The notes below the pieces were generated by a model. The model worked only from the letters and a program-made list of their open reading frames with translations. It was not told the origin of the DNA and did no database searches. The translations under genes were made by a program, and so were the position numbers. From positions 286,006,001 through 286,070,000 of the forward strand of contig OZ024741.1 of assembly GCA_964016885.1 (NCBI GenBank): a stretch of DNA of 64,000 nucleotides. The letters are read 5' to 3'. This document shows positions 13,245-28,200 of the stretch, in pieces. Origin of the DNA: Eledone cirrhosa (Eukaryota). The first letter of the stretch is position 1; each line of letters begins with the position of its first letter.

Positions 13245-15503
13245 AAGCTGCAAATAATAATAATAATATGGTTTTATTTTCGTGTTTTTATTTTTGGTCG
13301 AAAACAAAGAGAAAATTACTCGTGTCTCTGATTCCTTTCTCGAAAATTTGAAAGTTCTTTGAAATTCAAATTAAATTGATTTGTCTAACGTGCCGCATTG
13401 CTTTGACTGAAGAACGGATTTTAAAAATTCTAATTTGCTTAGAAACTTATAAAGATTTTAATGAATAGAAACCTATTCTGTCTAAATTGCAATTAAGAAT
13501 ATTGTAATGACATGACATCAATCGGTAATTGGCAATCGAAGACAAAATCTAAATTATTATGTCAACCAATATAAGCTGTCTGTTTGCTGCTTAACTCGGC
13601 TAACATATTTCTATAGTAGTTAATTTCTAATTTAATAAAAAAAATTGTTTTGTCGATTTTAAGAAGGAAAGAATATATGGCATTTTTGCAATACTGGCTC
13701 TTTACCAGACACTTCCTTTTTCTCAAAACATCATTGATCGTATTTTTACAATAAAACGTTTCTAAGGAGTCGAAGACGGCGCTTCAACGTATTCATTACA
13801 TTGCTAGATGCAGCAGCCAAATCTCCCTCGAATAACGACTGGATAGATGAGAAAATATAGCTCTAGATAACAGTAATATGTTAGGTTGGTTACGTGTGCA
13901 ATGAATCTTAGCGACCAAAGTGAATGTGTATCTGGACAACAGCAACACCAATAACAACAGCCATTATTCCTGCTGTTCAAATTCTACTTACGTTATTCGT
14001 CTTTATATGGCGTATGTATATCATTGTATAGCGACGGTTAATCTATTTATTTTGCATAATACAGAGCTTTCTCCCAGATTGGGCACCATTATTATACACA
14101 CTTATTAACTATTACATATATACTTATTTTATAGAGTTCACCTGCATTACATTTACCAGCAATTTACGCATTCTCCTTGTTATGCCAGAGACTACTTGTT
14201 CATTCCTTCAAAGAATCGAGATTCAGATCCCACAATAACAAAGATGACATTGTTTTTCATCATTAGGTCGTTGATAAAATATGTACAAGTGTAATATGAA
14301 AGGTGATATAATCAAATGCAAATCCTGGCCATAGAACATGCGATATTTTTGCATATGTAAGAAGTTATTCTATCTTATTTCGGTTGTTACCGCTTCTTTT
14401 CTCTCTAGATATTCCATATTTTCGAAAATGCAGAGATTTATATTACAGAGGCGACACGTTACATGTTACACGGACACCCACGGTAGCCTTGATTAAAATG
14501 TATAACAAACAAATATAAAATATCAACACCACCTCTGTCTTTCCCACACACCCACCTACACATGCACACTTACAGCCACGGACAAACCCACGTATATACA
14601 AATATATATAATGTCCCATACACACATGCGCATTCATAACATTTTGACACACGCGTGCCAACTTTTGCCAACGTTTTGAGACAGCTTTGACCTCGTTTAA
14701 AATAAAAGGAACATATAAAAATATTCACATACGTCCGTTAAAAAAAACAGAAAAATGTTTTAGGACAACACTCACCACCACAATGCGCAACAAATATAAC
14801 TCTAATTGTAACAAACACACACTCTCGAACCAACAACAATCATGATATCGACTAGCCGGTCAGTGATCATTTGAGAAAATTAAAACATAGGTTATTTTAT
14901 TGACAGACATATAAAGTATGACCGTGTGGGTGTTAGTCAGGGGGTGTGAGAGATTTGTTTGGAGACGCCATGCACGTTAGGCGTCAGCGATTAAGTTGGC
15001 TAAATTATCTAATCTGTCTAACTGCAGAGATGTCGAAAGCCACACATACACACCCACACACATAAACACACACACACACACACACATACACACATAAACG
15101 CACACGTTCATACATGCACTCACCGATAAATTGAGATGACACAGCAAACATTCCATTCCATTTCACTTGACAATTCTTCAACTCGGCCAAATTTTCCCTC
15201 ACAAGACTACACCCATCCCCATAGATGTAATTAAACATACATCCACACACACATACACACACACGTATGCAAGCAGAAGCGCGCGCACACCCTCACACAA
15301 AGCCACTCCCTAAAAATATTTATATACAAGTAAGAATTCCTTAACGGCCTTTAAAGAGCCATTATCCTTCTATGGTCAGGTAATCTATTTACAGACAAGT
15401 TAATCACCGACGCCATGCCTCTGACTAGATGACTATTCCACAGCAGCTCATTTTATCAACAGCTGTCGAAACGGCAATAGCTCAGCCGTCGGTGCCCCGA
15501 CTC

Positions 15504-15552
<49 letters not shown>

Positions 15553-15557
<5 letters not shown>

Positions 15558-16000
15558 AAATGTGTGAAATGCTTGGTACAGTTAGTTATATTAGAAAAAA
15601 GGAAAAGAATGACTTCACTTGTAGTTCTAAACAACTTAATTTTATAATATTATAATTTTACAAATTGGTTTTGTAGATCTAGTAAGTTCTTTGTAAACTT
15701 CGGTGGGAAGATTTTTAAAGATTCCTGGTTAACTTTCCTTGAGAACTTTCTCACATTCTTCGGTGGTGATTGTCAAACTGATCTCAGGCTGTGTTGTGAT
15801 GTGTGACTCTATATATAAGAGATTTCGGTGTGTCTGGAAGAGTGAGTGGGGTTGGGGTTAATGAGTGTGGGAGTGAAGGAGTGTTGATGAATATTTAAAG
15901 GAATTAAAGCAACCTGCGGCACTCGATCTTTCTGAATGGTTCACCTAAGTCGCCTAAGTGAAATCTTTCTGATTGTTTTACCCAAACTTTTCAGTCGAAT
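15553..16000 (-). mobile_element. Probable Penelope-like terminal (pLTR/tail) fragment next to (TA)n
   Basis: 15585-15655 is nearly identical to the arm of the fold-back at 28684-28860 and abuts (TA)n 15510-15552. Right boundary is uncertain. Confidence 0.45.
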
Positions 16001-16104
16001 TTATCTTTCTATCATTCTTACGATTGAGGAAAACAACGTGTACGAATTCTGAAGAAATAAATCAAAACAACCTGAGTTACGACCCTTTTTTTATATGAAA
16101 AAAA

Positions 16105-16175
16105 GCACTTGCGGCCCACCTGATGATGAGCCATATTTCATGCGGCCCGCTTCTCAAAAAAGGTTGCCCATGCCT
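16105..16175 (-). mobile_element. hAT (Charlie-like) DNA transposon terminal fragment
   Basis: Minus strand reads CAGGCATGGGCAACC...GCGGGCCGCA, typical of hAT/Charlie termini and subtermini. Confidence 0.5.
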
Positions 16176-16834
16176 GAATTAAAGCATATCTATACACACA
16201 AGAGGTGAAAGAAAATAGTGAATGGTAAAAGCAAATAATTGATTGAGAGTTGAGTTGGGAGGTGTTGTGCTTTTTAAGGAGTGTTTTAGAAACTGAACGA
16301 TAAAATGTATTCCAAACTAGTATCAATACCGGGGTAGATGTAATTGACTAAATCTTTCAAAGGGTGTGCCCCTGCATCGCGGCAATGTAATAGGTAAAAC
16401 CAGTAAAATAATAAATTATGTACATCGAAACAATGTTTATTCAGTAGGAAACTACTTATGATGTGTAAGCACATTCTTTAAATATATACCCATATATTTG
16501 TATTCTTAAATTAATCAATGAGTGATATATTGCTTCTAGAATTAATGTTGGCGTTTATAAGTGGACAGATGTGGGATACGAAAAGGAAACACACAAAATA
16601 AGAAGACAAATTCATGTTTCTGTCAGATATATTCAGGCTGTAACGCAAAAGACCACCTCAGAATGATATTTATCTAATTTCACTGTTGGTATACATACCA
16701 AGTATTCACAGCGCTGGTGTTACCTTCAAACCAAACCAAGAGAATGCCACATTGTCAATTCTATTAATTCCCATATCGTATTAGTGTCATCGTCATCCTT
16801 TTCAGTTGCTGGTGTCGATTTGCTAGGTCTCATT

Positions 16835-17016
<182 letters not shown>

Positions 17017-18000
17017 GACGATTTGCAATAATCCGATAGTAAAAAATGTCTTTTAGTCCCTCAACCCGTGAATAATAATTGTTTCATTAATCTTTCCACT
17101 TAATTTGATTACATCAAATATTGATTATTCGGCCACTTTTAACCAAAGAGGAGGGCGTATATAGAGTATATATTAGAAGATAGGGTGTATTATTCTCAAA
17201 GTATCATTAGCCAAAAAAGTTGTGTCTTATATAAACATTTACACATTGTTCTCGTTCTGATTTCTTGGGAATTTCCTGCTTCAATATAATGATCGTTCGT
17301 TTTCTCGAAAAATAATATAATAGATAATATTCAATCGCAAATACACAAGCAAACACAAATCGTCAAAGGGGCAAACTAAGAGACAATGAGTGGGGATTGG
17401 TAATTAGACATGAACACAACTAACCAATTTATTGTCAATATATATTATCTTAATCCGAATAAATTTCTCTTCTTGGAAATATGGTTATACAATTATATTA
17501 ACACTTTTTTTAAAACTCAGTATGACATGTGATATGTTACGATTGGCCCTCGACAGACGCAGGTTTACTAGACCGACAATCTGTAGTTCGTAATCTCCGA
17601 TACGTTTGTCGTTGAACCTCAGGTGCTCGAAACTTCTGGCGTTCTGGAGCCTCGAAGTACCTCCCTATTTGTTATCTGGACAGAGTTAATCACACGCTGA
17701 AGTGAACCTGCGAATTGGAATGACTATTTCAACGCGTCGCAATCCTTATCCTCTAGGTGAGCCTTCCTCAAACATTTTTCTCTTGCGAAACCCTTGAAAT
17801 AGTTTTCATGTCTCAGTGAACCCCTGCATAAAAGTCATCATATACCATTATTAATATCTATCTCTTTTATATTTATTTTTATCGTCGTTTAAGTAAAACA
17901 TTACCCCTTTTTTATCAAATTTATTGGCATTTACCCCAAAAAGTAATATTTCTCCTTTATGAGACCTCACACCGAGGTTTTCATTCAGAAAAATAACTGT

Positions 18001-18171
<171 letters not shown>

Positions 18172-18404
18172 TAAATATAAATATACAATATCACTTTATA
18201 ACGCATATAAACAGAACGAAAGCAGATAACTACGACACGGCAGCGTAACGACGGGTAACGACATAGCTTTAAATTATATAAGACTTTGAAGCCTTTATTA
18301 CAATAACCAAGGATTATTTAACAATATGCCGTTTGTGTATAGTAAAATTACAAATATATAATTAAACAAAAATTACTCAAGAATGCATTAGCTTAATTAT
18401 CACT

Positions 18405-18475
18405 GTTTCTCCCAAATCCCTAGTGACCTCTTGCGGAACCCTCATGTTACGAGGAACACCGGTTAAATAACGCTT
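18405..18475. mobile_element. Decayed hAT-like MITE end
   Basis: gcggaaccc...gaggaacaccggttaaataacgc resembles hAT subterminal and terminal motifs. Confidence 0.35.
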
Positions 18476-19739
18476 CTTCAAGTTAACGCATTCTCTATTC
18501 TGTCCAGTGAGACCATTAAGCGGCAAGTGTCTGGGATTCTGCAGGCCGAAGCGTGTTCCCCAACATTGTTCAGCTGTGGTAGCTATGGTGGTGATCAGTG
18601 TATTATTCTTAGTTTTGTTTTGATTATTTGTATTATTGTTATTGATTTTGTTTACTCATTATGCCGCCGAGGATAGCTTTGCTTTTCATCATTACGAGGT
18701 CGATAAAATATAGCACCAGTAATGCGGTGGGGCTGGTTTAATCGACTTTCTCCCTCCCACAAATGTGTTGGCCTTGTGCTCGGAAACCATTATTATATCA
18801 TATTATAATCCGTGTTAATGTCTCTGCCAAATATCATCTTTCACTAAACTATGTACACCAGCATTGATAATATAATCATGAACTTCCCTATCGTATCAAT
18901 TGTATCATTGATAGAATCTCGAGGCCAAGACGTCTGATTGCATTTTAAATCAATGTACTTATACTAAAATAATCTCTATAAGAAAATATCAAGTATAATC
19001 ACAAGAATCTACATTTAGTATCATGTTAAGCAGGCAAATTAAAGAAACCATCAATCTTTTTCCTTCTTAGTAATACGTGTCACGTGGTAGATTGTACACA
19101 AATTTTCCTCGGGGAATTAAAGAAGGGGAATACAGAATATGGATATCAGTTGGGTCTTTGAACCGAGCTGAAAGTGTTGTAAGGTTCCTCATATTATATT
19201 GAACGAAGCTTAATCATTAGGCACCTCATCTCATTTCAGCCGATCTTCTGATTGATCCATTAGGCATAGGATTTCTTTTAAACTCTTCTGTTCAGTATTC
19301 TATTCACGGAGACCAAATGAGAGATACTGAACGCTGATCGATAATAGAATGCTAAAATATCGAAATCAGGAAATAGGGAAAATCGTTTTGTTTGCAAGTC
19401 ACAGCTATGAAACTAAAACTGGTAATTTTCCTGCACTCAACGTAACCATTGAGTAGCTTGTTTCTACTGGGTTCGTATGAATTCTCTGCCTTTTGTTGAT
19501 TTGTGTGGGTGTCTTTTCATATAGGAGATCAATTTGAACTCCCTATAGTGGTATGAAAGAAAAATACGAGATTATTATCACACGTACAAAATATATACAA
19601 AGGAAAATTACACATAGCTTAGAATATTATTTCACTTGATATACTATATCAAGGATATAATTCTCCATTTGCCGAAGACATTCAAACTCGAGAATGTGAA
19701 TTTGTTTAACTATAGAGAATAGGCATTGATATAATAGAT

Positions 19740-20440
19740 TTGTTAGAACGTCGGATAAAGTATATTGCGGTATTCGTATCGGCTCACTGCTCCCTGAATT
19801 CAAATCCCGTCATGTTTAATTTTGTATTTTATCAATTCAATGTCAATAAAAAACGTACCAGTCAATAATGTTGGAGGGAGCAACAATTTGATTAACTCGA
19901 CCCCAGTATGTTACTGATATTATTTTATCGACCCCGTAAAGATGAAAGGCAAAGCTAACCTCGGTGGGATTTGAACTGATAACGTAATATGACGTAATTA
20001 TATGCCGCAATTCATGTTGTTCAACGCTCTACCATTACTGCCAACCGCCACCATTTTCACCGTTATAATGATTTCTACTATAGGCCCAGAGCCAGCAAAT
20101 TTGGAGGAGTGGAAAGTCGATGAAATCGACTCCAATGCATTACTGGTATTTTATTTTATCGAGCCCGTAAGGATCAAAGGTATAGCCAACCTCGGTGGGA
20201 TATGAACTCAGAATGTAAAGGGCTGTAACTCTACATCACGAAGCATAGTGTCCGACGTTCAACCATTACTGCCAACCCCACATCCGTTTGGACGCTATAA
20301 TAATTGTTTCTACTTTAGGCACAAGGCCAGCAATTACCAAAGAGTGCATTACTAGTACTTTATTTTATCGACCCCGTAAGGATGAAAGGCAAAGTCAACC
20401 TCGGCGGGATTTGAACTCAGATCGTAAAGGGACGTAACTA
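19740..20440. mobile_element. SINE cluster: one decayed + copy (19740-19865), then three - copies (~19900-20050, 20071-20282, 20305-20440)
   Basis: Repeated atcgaccccgtaaggatgaaaggcaaag..aacctcgg.gggatttgaactcag cores. Confidence 0.85.
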
Positions 20441-21380
20441 TGCTGGACGCTATAATAATACTAATAACATCATAATAATCAGCTTTACTATAATTACAGG
20501 AAACTTGTAGGGTTATTATCGAGAAAAGAAAAAGAAATAGTATGATTATCTCAATGTGGAGAATATAGTCATGACAATAAGAATATAGTCATGACAGATC
20601 TGTTTAATGAGAAAATGTAACATTTCAATCAATCTAGTAACATCATCATCGCAATCACCATTTTTCCCCACCACTGCCATCATCATCTCCCCCACCACGA
20701 CCACAATCATTATCAACACCGTCACCATTGTTGCTGCCGACATAGTTGCACCGTTGCCATTATAGTCATTCTAGTTGCTTTTTGATTAAATACATTTTTT
20801 TTTATTTATTCCTAACCCACCATAGCCAACAATCAATTTAACAATTCGGTATAAATTGTTTTCCTATAATTATATATCTTTGGGAGGAATATTTCATCAT
20901 TTAATTCACATCCATTGTCAAAACTTCAAATTTCTCGCTGTTATATTTCATATTATAACTATATTAACTGTCTTTTAAAAAATTACTCTTTTTCTATTTA
21001 ATTTTTCTATTATATATGCCCCTTTCCAATAATAAATATATAAGATTAGCTTTTTTAATTTAAAAGAGCAAAAACTATTATTGAAAATATTTAAGTACAT
21101 TGATTTTTTATTTTATGATTGTATTTCTAATTCATTCATATTTTTCTATTTCCCGCTATTTTCTTTTGTTAACTATTTAACATGTTTTCTGTTTTTATTT
21201 TACTCATGTTGCCCCAATCTGAAATTGCAAACAAAGAAAGAAACAAAAACAAATGAATATTTTTAAAATTGACAATATCACATTTATAAGTGAGAAGAGA
21301 TAATGAAGTGTATTGAAATATGCTTTGGTATTCTATGGTATTCTATTAGTATAAAAACCAAGGAAAAGGCATGCTTAACT

Positions 21381-21480
<100 letters not shown>

Positions 21481-21567
21481 TCGAGCTCTATATATATGTA
21501 GATCCTGAGGAAATAACCACAGTTAAAAAAGGTAGTCAATATGTTAGTAGAGTGTAAGCATCCTTAT

Positions 21568-21676
21568 TTAATGTAGAAATAGCTTCTACAGGATTGAAAT
21601 GACTCAATCGTATGAAATCTGATGATTTTGTATGAATGAAACATTTCTAGTACTATAGAAGCTATTTCTATATTAA
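21568..21676. repeat. Decayed fold-back (inverted repeat), arms ~50 bp
   Basis: ttaatgtagaaatagcttcta ... tagaagctatttctatattaa; CTGATGA lies at the loop. Confidence 0.6.
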
Positions 21677-22225
21677 GTGAATGATTATGATATAAATATA
21701 TATATATTTATAGAAAAAATGAAATTTCATTTCTCACTTTTAGTACGGCTGATACTTATGTACACGTACATACATATATGTATACAGACGTACAGTAGTA
21801 TGTATATACATACATACATATATATATGTACGTATGGGTTTACCGAACATTTATTATAATGTTCGGTTTGTTTGTAAACAAACAGCCCGAATTAAGCCGT
21901 ACAGTGTTCGGCAACCATCGTTGCCCTTTTTTCAACACTGACAAAGGAACGATGAACTAGTTTCTATCTTATTAGCTGTCATCAGCACCGTATACCTTCC
22001 TGTCAGACGATTGAACGTTTGAAAGTATATACTTTCCTTATGCATATTAACGGCTGAGCAGCCTAATTTGCATATCGAGTGAGTTAGTCGGCCGGGCGTA
22101 CAGAAAACGATAAATGGAAAACATGAAATTTCATTTTTCACTCTTAGTACGGCTGATACTTAAATATAAGTATGTATACGTACATACATATATGTATACA
22201 GACGTACAGTATTATGTATATAGTA

Positions 22226-22379
<154 letters not shown>

Positions 22380-22383
22380 AGAG

Positions 22384-22630
22384 ATCGCAAATGCAACTGG
22401 AGTCTTATTTTTTTTTAAATGTATATATTTATTTGGTTCCTTTACCGGTTTCGCAGTTCTTCTGCTTTTCAAAAGTAGAGTTGAGATGGAGGGTCTGTGG
22501 TTTTTCTCACATCTGGTTGGTCTTAGAATGTTACTTGTTTCATTGAAAAGCAGAAGAACTGCGAAACCGGTAAAGGAACCAAATAAATATATATTTTTTT
22601 TAAAAATAAGACTCCAGTTGCATTTTCGAT
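22384..22630. mobile_element. Fold-back element (arms 22384-22472 / 22543-22630) with a U3-A8 variant hammerhead in both arms; probable PLE mini-insertion
   Basis: Near-perfect inverted arms. Left arm abuts (GA)n; right arm continues ~85 bp to (TA)n. Confidence 0.8.
22440..22475 (-). ncRNA. Minimal hammerhead ribozyme motif, U3-A8 variant
   Basis: Minus strand: CUU UUGAAAA GCAG aagaa CUGC GAAA CCGG UA AAG. Helix I is only 3 bp. Mirror copy on + at 22543-22575. Confidence 0.6.
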
Positions 22631-22736
22631 TTCATCTTTTTTTTTTCTTTATACTTTCACTCGTGTAGGACTCGTGTCGGTTATTTTTCATTTTGTAAAA
22701 AAACCTCAATTTCTAATATATATATGTATATATATA

Positions 22737-22812
<76 letters not shown>

Positions 22813-23699
22813 AACGATAGCACGGAGATGCTATACCATAATTTTCTAACAATTGAGCCCATTTTTCGCCAACACTAATGATTCTTCTCACTACATGAGT
22901 AGATAAAAATAGTGATCTCGCGCTGTTACGGTGACCTCACCAAATTTAGTGGATGTTTTGTAGCAGCTTCCCAACCATAAATTCTGTCAGAAAGAATTGT
23001 GATAAATTCTGTCAGAAAGAATTGTGATAAATTCTGCCGAAATTCAAAGTGCTATCTAGAATGCAGATGATTAGATCTGTTCAAAATTTAAGGGTAAATG
23101 TTAACCGGCTAGCGATTAAGTTGATGTTATCCTAAAAGAACAAGTCCAAGCTGGACACTGAAGCAAGAGAGGTGTCTTAATAAAAGACAGAAAATAGAAA
23201 GACAAATAAAACGAAAAATATCGTTGAGCAGAGGTTATTATTAAATACTTATAGCATACGCTTAAATCAAACCTAAGATATCTGTACTAACGAGGAGGAT
23301 AAATACCATTGAAGTCCAAACTGCACAAATAGCTTTTGAGAATTCGTTTGAATAAAAGTTGCTCAATACAAATAGAATTACAAATGAGATGGTCAGCTAA
23401 AGAGAGTAAAACATTTTACCGATAAAAGTCATGGACTTGGATCTTGATACAAGTGAAAAATTGACCCAGTTGAAAAACAAAGTAACTGCAAATTTTAACG
23501 CATACTTGGACATGAAACCAAAAATAAGAGATCGGGAACTTTAATCAATGATACAATAAAGCACTAAATATACACGGGAAATACATCTGAGCACAGTTGA
23601 TACACACGAAACACCTCTACCATGGACAATGGTAATAATGGCCGCAGCAATATGAGCAAAGGAAGCAATCCATCAGCAGATGAAAACAATTATTAAGGA

Positions 23700-24640
23700 G
23701 ATGTGAAAGTGGAATAGGTCTTATCGGCGTGGAGGAATGTATTCAGATGGAAAATAATTGTTTACATAAACAGACGTCTGAGAGTAACGAACCAATTCTT
23801 AAGGCTGGAGATAATAGACCAGTGGGTGTCCAAGAAAAGGTAACGACAAATACGAAGAACAACCTGAATGCAACCCTTCATAGCATCTTCTTGAAGAAAG
23901 CAAAATTCAGAGATCCGCAGATATGGGACAGAATAAACAAAAAGTGGTCCTTAAGAAAGCTACAGAGGGAATGTTACTGGCTGCACAGGAGAAGCCCTTA
24001 GAACGAAGTACATGAAACATCATATTGACAAGGAGGATGGAAGCCTACTTGTAGGATCTGTGGAGAGAGAGAGGGTGAACAATGGCTCACATCGTATCTG
24101 CGTGTAAACATCTAGCCCAGACTAATTATACAGGATGGAGGTATGAGATCATAGGAAACGTGATCCACTGGCATTTACACAAACTGAATAATTTACCGCA
24201 CTCTGAGAGGTGTTATAAGCATAAGGTAGAGTCGGTGATAGAAAACGATTGGGTGAAGGTGATGTGGCATTTCAGGATACAAACCGACAAAGAATTAAAC
24301 AATAGACTAGACATGGTAGCTTTTGACAAGGAAAAAAGATCTTGCTTGATTATAGATGTAGCTTGCCCGTTTAACCGAAGAGTACAAGAGAAGGAGCAAA
24401 TTAGCCGGTACCAGGATCTAAAGTGGGAACTGAAAAATAGTTAGGACTGTCATGAAACCAAGGTCATCTACATCGTCATAGAATCACTAAGTACTATAAC
24501 GAAGCGTTTACAAGGCTGGCTAAAGAATATTAGCCCAGCTCCCTTTTTGTAATACTTCAAAAGGCATACTTACTGGGAACAGCAAGGACCCTCCAATATG
24601 TAATGAATATCTGTGGCTGCAAGTAGCGGCTTGATATTCA
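23700..24640 (+). mobile_element. Old R4/Dong-like 3' fragment (CCHC finger and RLE)
   Basis: LLAAQE; AHIVSACKHLAQTNY; WHFRIQTDK; LIIDVACP..KEQISRYQDL. Confidence 0.8.
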
Positions 24641-25396
24641 TTTGAACAAACTTTCCAGTTAAATAACACGAATGAATGAGACACCAAGAAAATAATAATC
24701 CACAGTACATGGCATTGTGTACTGTTAATTTGGTTTGTTAAATCCAACGGATCTATATGTACATGTGTGCTTGTGTGAGTGTGTGTTTATAACTGTGTGT
24801 ATGTGTCCCTCCCATAATTTGTATGTGTACTAAGAGATGAACCTGCGTATAGCATATTATGATCATGTATATGAAAATGACGATTATTTAGGTTGTTGGG
24901 TACGATTTTCCTGTACAGCATAGTCATTACCGGTTACTTAAGTACAAGCTTAAGAAATATATACATATCTACATCGATGTGAGTGTATATTTGCTTATCT
25001 ACACTATATAATAACAACACTTTTTTTGTATTATGATTTCTCCGATAAATATAGATGTTTTCTTTGTCTTTGAATCACGTCCGATCATGTAATTTATTCC
25101 CTTCACATCACATAAGATGATAAATATACATGAATGCACACTGCGACACACACAAACGCACGCACACATGCATAGACACACGCACACACATATATACATG
25201 TATATTTATGAAGTTTGTATCACTCATACAAAATAATACTAGATGTATATATACATATATGTATGTGTGTACGTGTATATTTGATTGCGTAGAACCATGC
25301 TCGACATATTTGAAATTAAGACTTGTACAAGAATAGAATTCATAAATACATATAAACATACACACAGACACACACACGCACACATAAATACATATA

Positions 25397-25440
<44 letters not shown>

Positions 25441-25535
25441 ATATAAGCAAAAGGGATATTTAATTTGTTGGCAATTCAACAAATATAAATGTTTATAACT
25501 GATTCAAAGCACTGGACAAGTGTCCTGGAGTATAA

Positions 25536-25889
25536 TATTCAATGATACTAAATAAATGGAAACTATATTTATAAAACCATATTTATTCTATTATATATAT
25601 TTCAAGGGTACCAAAACTCTGGTACGCTCTCATCAGATAAAATACAAAGTTTGTTTTATAAATAATGACATAACCAGGAAAAAGATCTTAACCGTTTAAG
25701 TTAGTCTTAACTATCCAGGAAAAACTTGAATCGTTAAGATCTTCTTCCTGGTTATGTCATTATTTATAAAACAAACTTTGTATTTTATCTGATGAGACCG
25801 TACCAAAGTTTTGGTACCCTTGAAATATATATAATAGAATAAATATGGTTTTATAAATATAGTTTCCATTTATTTAATATCATTGAATA
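25536..25889. mobile_element. Fold-back element (arms ~25536-25702 / ~25723-25889) with a hammerhead in both arms
   Basis: Inverted arms ~165 bp. Right arm abuts (TA)n; left arm extends ~100 bp to (TA)n. Confidence 0.85.
25781..25841 (+). ncRNA. Minimal type-I hammerhead ribozyme
   Basis: Helix I UAUUUUAU/AUAGAAUA; core CUGAUGA; helix II ..GUACCA../..UGGUAC..; GAAA-UAUAUA-UA (AUA site). Antisense copy at 25584-25644 (-). Confidence 0.8.
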
Positions 25890-26061
25890 CACATATATAT
25901 ATATATATATATATATAGTAATAATAATAAATTTGAAGGCTCGATAAGGATAAATTTGAGGGCTCGATGAGGATAAATATATATCAAATATATAAGTTTC
26001 AGAAGATCCCGTTAAGGGTGAAAGCAGCGATTCTTTGCTTAAACTTAAATCTGTTATTTTA

Positions 26062-26097
<36 letters not shown>

Positions 26098-26989
26098 AGA
26101 TTCAGGACCCCGACGGCTGTGCTCCAGCCGTTTCGGCAGTTAGATCCGAAACATTCATATTACCCACTCTATTACCCCAAGTATCGAATACTCTGGTATT
26201 TTACCACACCCTATCTGACATATATATATATATATATATATATACAATATATACATGCATACCTACATACATATATAAATATACATACATACATACATAC
26301 ATACATACATACATACATACATACATACATACATACAAACATACATACATACATACATACACCGAAATCTCTACTCACCTAAAGATGGTGAAATGTTATA
26401 TCTTAAGTGACTTCTTCGCTGCTGTACTTTCCACTATGGTATGTAATTGTGTAATGATTTCTATGTACATAAATCTGTTTATTTTCTGTAGATTATCATA
26501 ATACTTGTAAATCTACCAATCCAACCATTGACTTGTTTCTTCTCTGTAGTTATTCTTTCTTTCTCAAAGATGTCTTGTTTCTTTAGCTTTTTTGGTGCCC
26601 GCATATATGGGATGGTTTGCTTTATTTCTAATATATATGTGGATAATATTGATTTCTAATTTGTCAGTATCGAGAAATGCCAGTTTAATAATCAATCAGT
26701 GCCCGTTTGGTTTGCATAAAAAAGTATATTTATTAACTTTCTTCTTTTTTTTTTGTTTTGTCGGGGATTTGTTTGTAAATAGTAGAGTATCGAATAATAT
26801 TAATAGTGATCAAATAGCAGCGTACCAAAACCGATCGCCATCATGGCTGAGATGTTCTTGCTTACACATTTTGTTTTACAATCTTTCGCCACTTTTGATT
26901 TTGAATCTGCAATTACAAAAACAAATAGAGTTAGTTAGTTATGTGAAGGAATTTCCGCGTTGACATAAATAACAACATACGAATAGTAT

Positions 26990-27217
26990 GTGGTGGTGGT
27001 GGTGGTGGTGGTGGTGGTGGTGGTGGTATTATTATCATTATTATTATTAGTAGTAGTAGTGGTGGTGGTGGTGGTGGTATTATTATCATTATTATTATTA
27101 GTAGTAGTGGTGGTGGTGGTGGTGGTGGTGGTAGTAGTAGCAGTAGTTATAGTGGTGGTGGTGGTAGTAGTAGCAGTAGTTATAGTAGTGGTGGTGGTAT
27201 TAGTAGTAGTAGTAGTA
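26990..27217. repeat. Compound (GTG)/(ATT)/(GTA) trinucleotide repeat
   Basis: Read directly. Confidence 0.95.
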
Positions 27218-27929
27218 AGGATGATGCAGACAACGAACTATATTTAGGACATGAATTGAATGGTATTGACAGGAGCTAGGACAAAGTTTATAGTATGGAA
27301 TATGTTAAAAGATTACGTGTCAAAGAAATAGATGGAATTTTGAGGAAATTATAAAAATAATCGGGCAACAATAATTTTTATTTATTCATTATTATTTTTT
27401 TTTTGTACAAGATCGGTGGACATGACTAGTGTTTGTTTCATCGGAACCCGAATCAACATCATCAATCATTTTCTTTATAAATCGTGGCTCGAAGAACTAG
27501 CTAGCATCAAACTGTCTATCAGTTATGTAAATATTTCACCTTTGTCAATTAGAAATAATGCAAATGTAGGTTACAGTACACATTTATTGCAGTTCTAATG
27601 TTAGAATAAACTGTCACAACTATTTTAAATCAATTAGCCCTTCCTCTGTTTCTTATGAAAATAGTTCAAATGAAAATAGTTCAAATTTACAAGTAAAAAG
27701 GTATCAAATCTTCATACATCAATGGCGAATAAACTGAACAGAATTTACAAAAGACTACAAAGAAGAATTCTTTTTGTCTTTTTCTTTAACTGTCAATGGG
27801 AGTCAGCTCTGAATCTAATAGTCTCAATGATATCTATTCGGGCAGATTTTCAAAATTCTCATTGGACACCATTGTTATTATGTCAGGTTGAATGAGTTAT
27901 GATAGACTTGTGTATATTTAGAGTTTTAA

Positions 27930-28200
27930 ATATACTCCATTCACCCATTCAACCCTACCGGTATTATTATCCATGTGGAGTGTACTAAAACTCTATTAAA
28001 TGTATTCAGGTTATTTTCTGGATCCTTCAAATGTTCCTTCTGTTTTAGTATACTTCCTGAAATGTCGATTAACAGTAACGCAAAAATATTCAAATTTTCC
28101 GATTCCATGCTATGTATAATTCCTTGCTATGTATAATTGGACATTTGTAATTTATTCATAGTAACAGACTAAAAGATTTCGGGCATCACCTATGGCTGAA
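27930..28200 (-). mobile_element. Possible decayed Penelope-like GIY-YIG C-terminus
   Basis: Minus-strand fragments KELYI and WIIIPVGLN resemble the YIG motif and the terminal WI..P.GLN motif of PLE endonucleases. Confidence 0.35.

Noticed and set aside
17530-17830. GC-richer segment as an exon or solo LTR
   Set aside because: No convincing ORF, splice pair or matching second LTR is visible.
25536-25889. Fold-backs as classical MITEs
   Set aside because: No conserved TIR ends across elements, one-sided tails and embedded hammerheads argue for a retro (PLE) origin. Not fully excluded for hairpins lacking an HHR.
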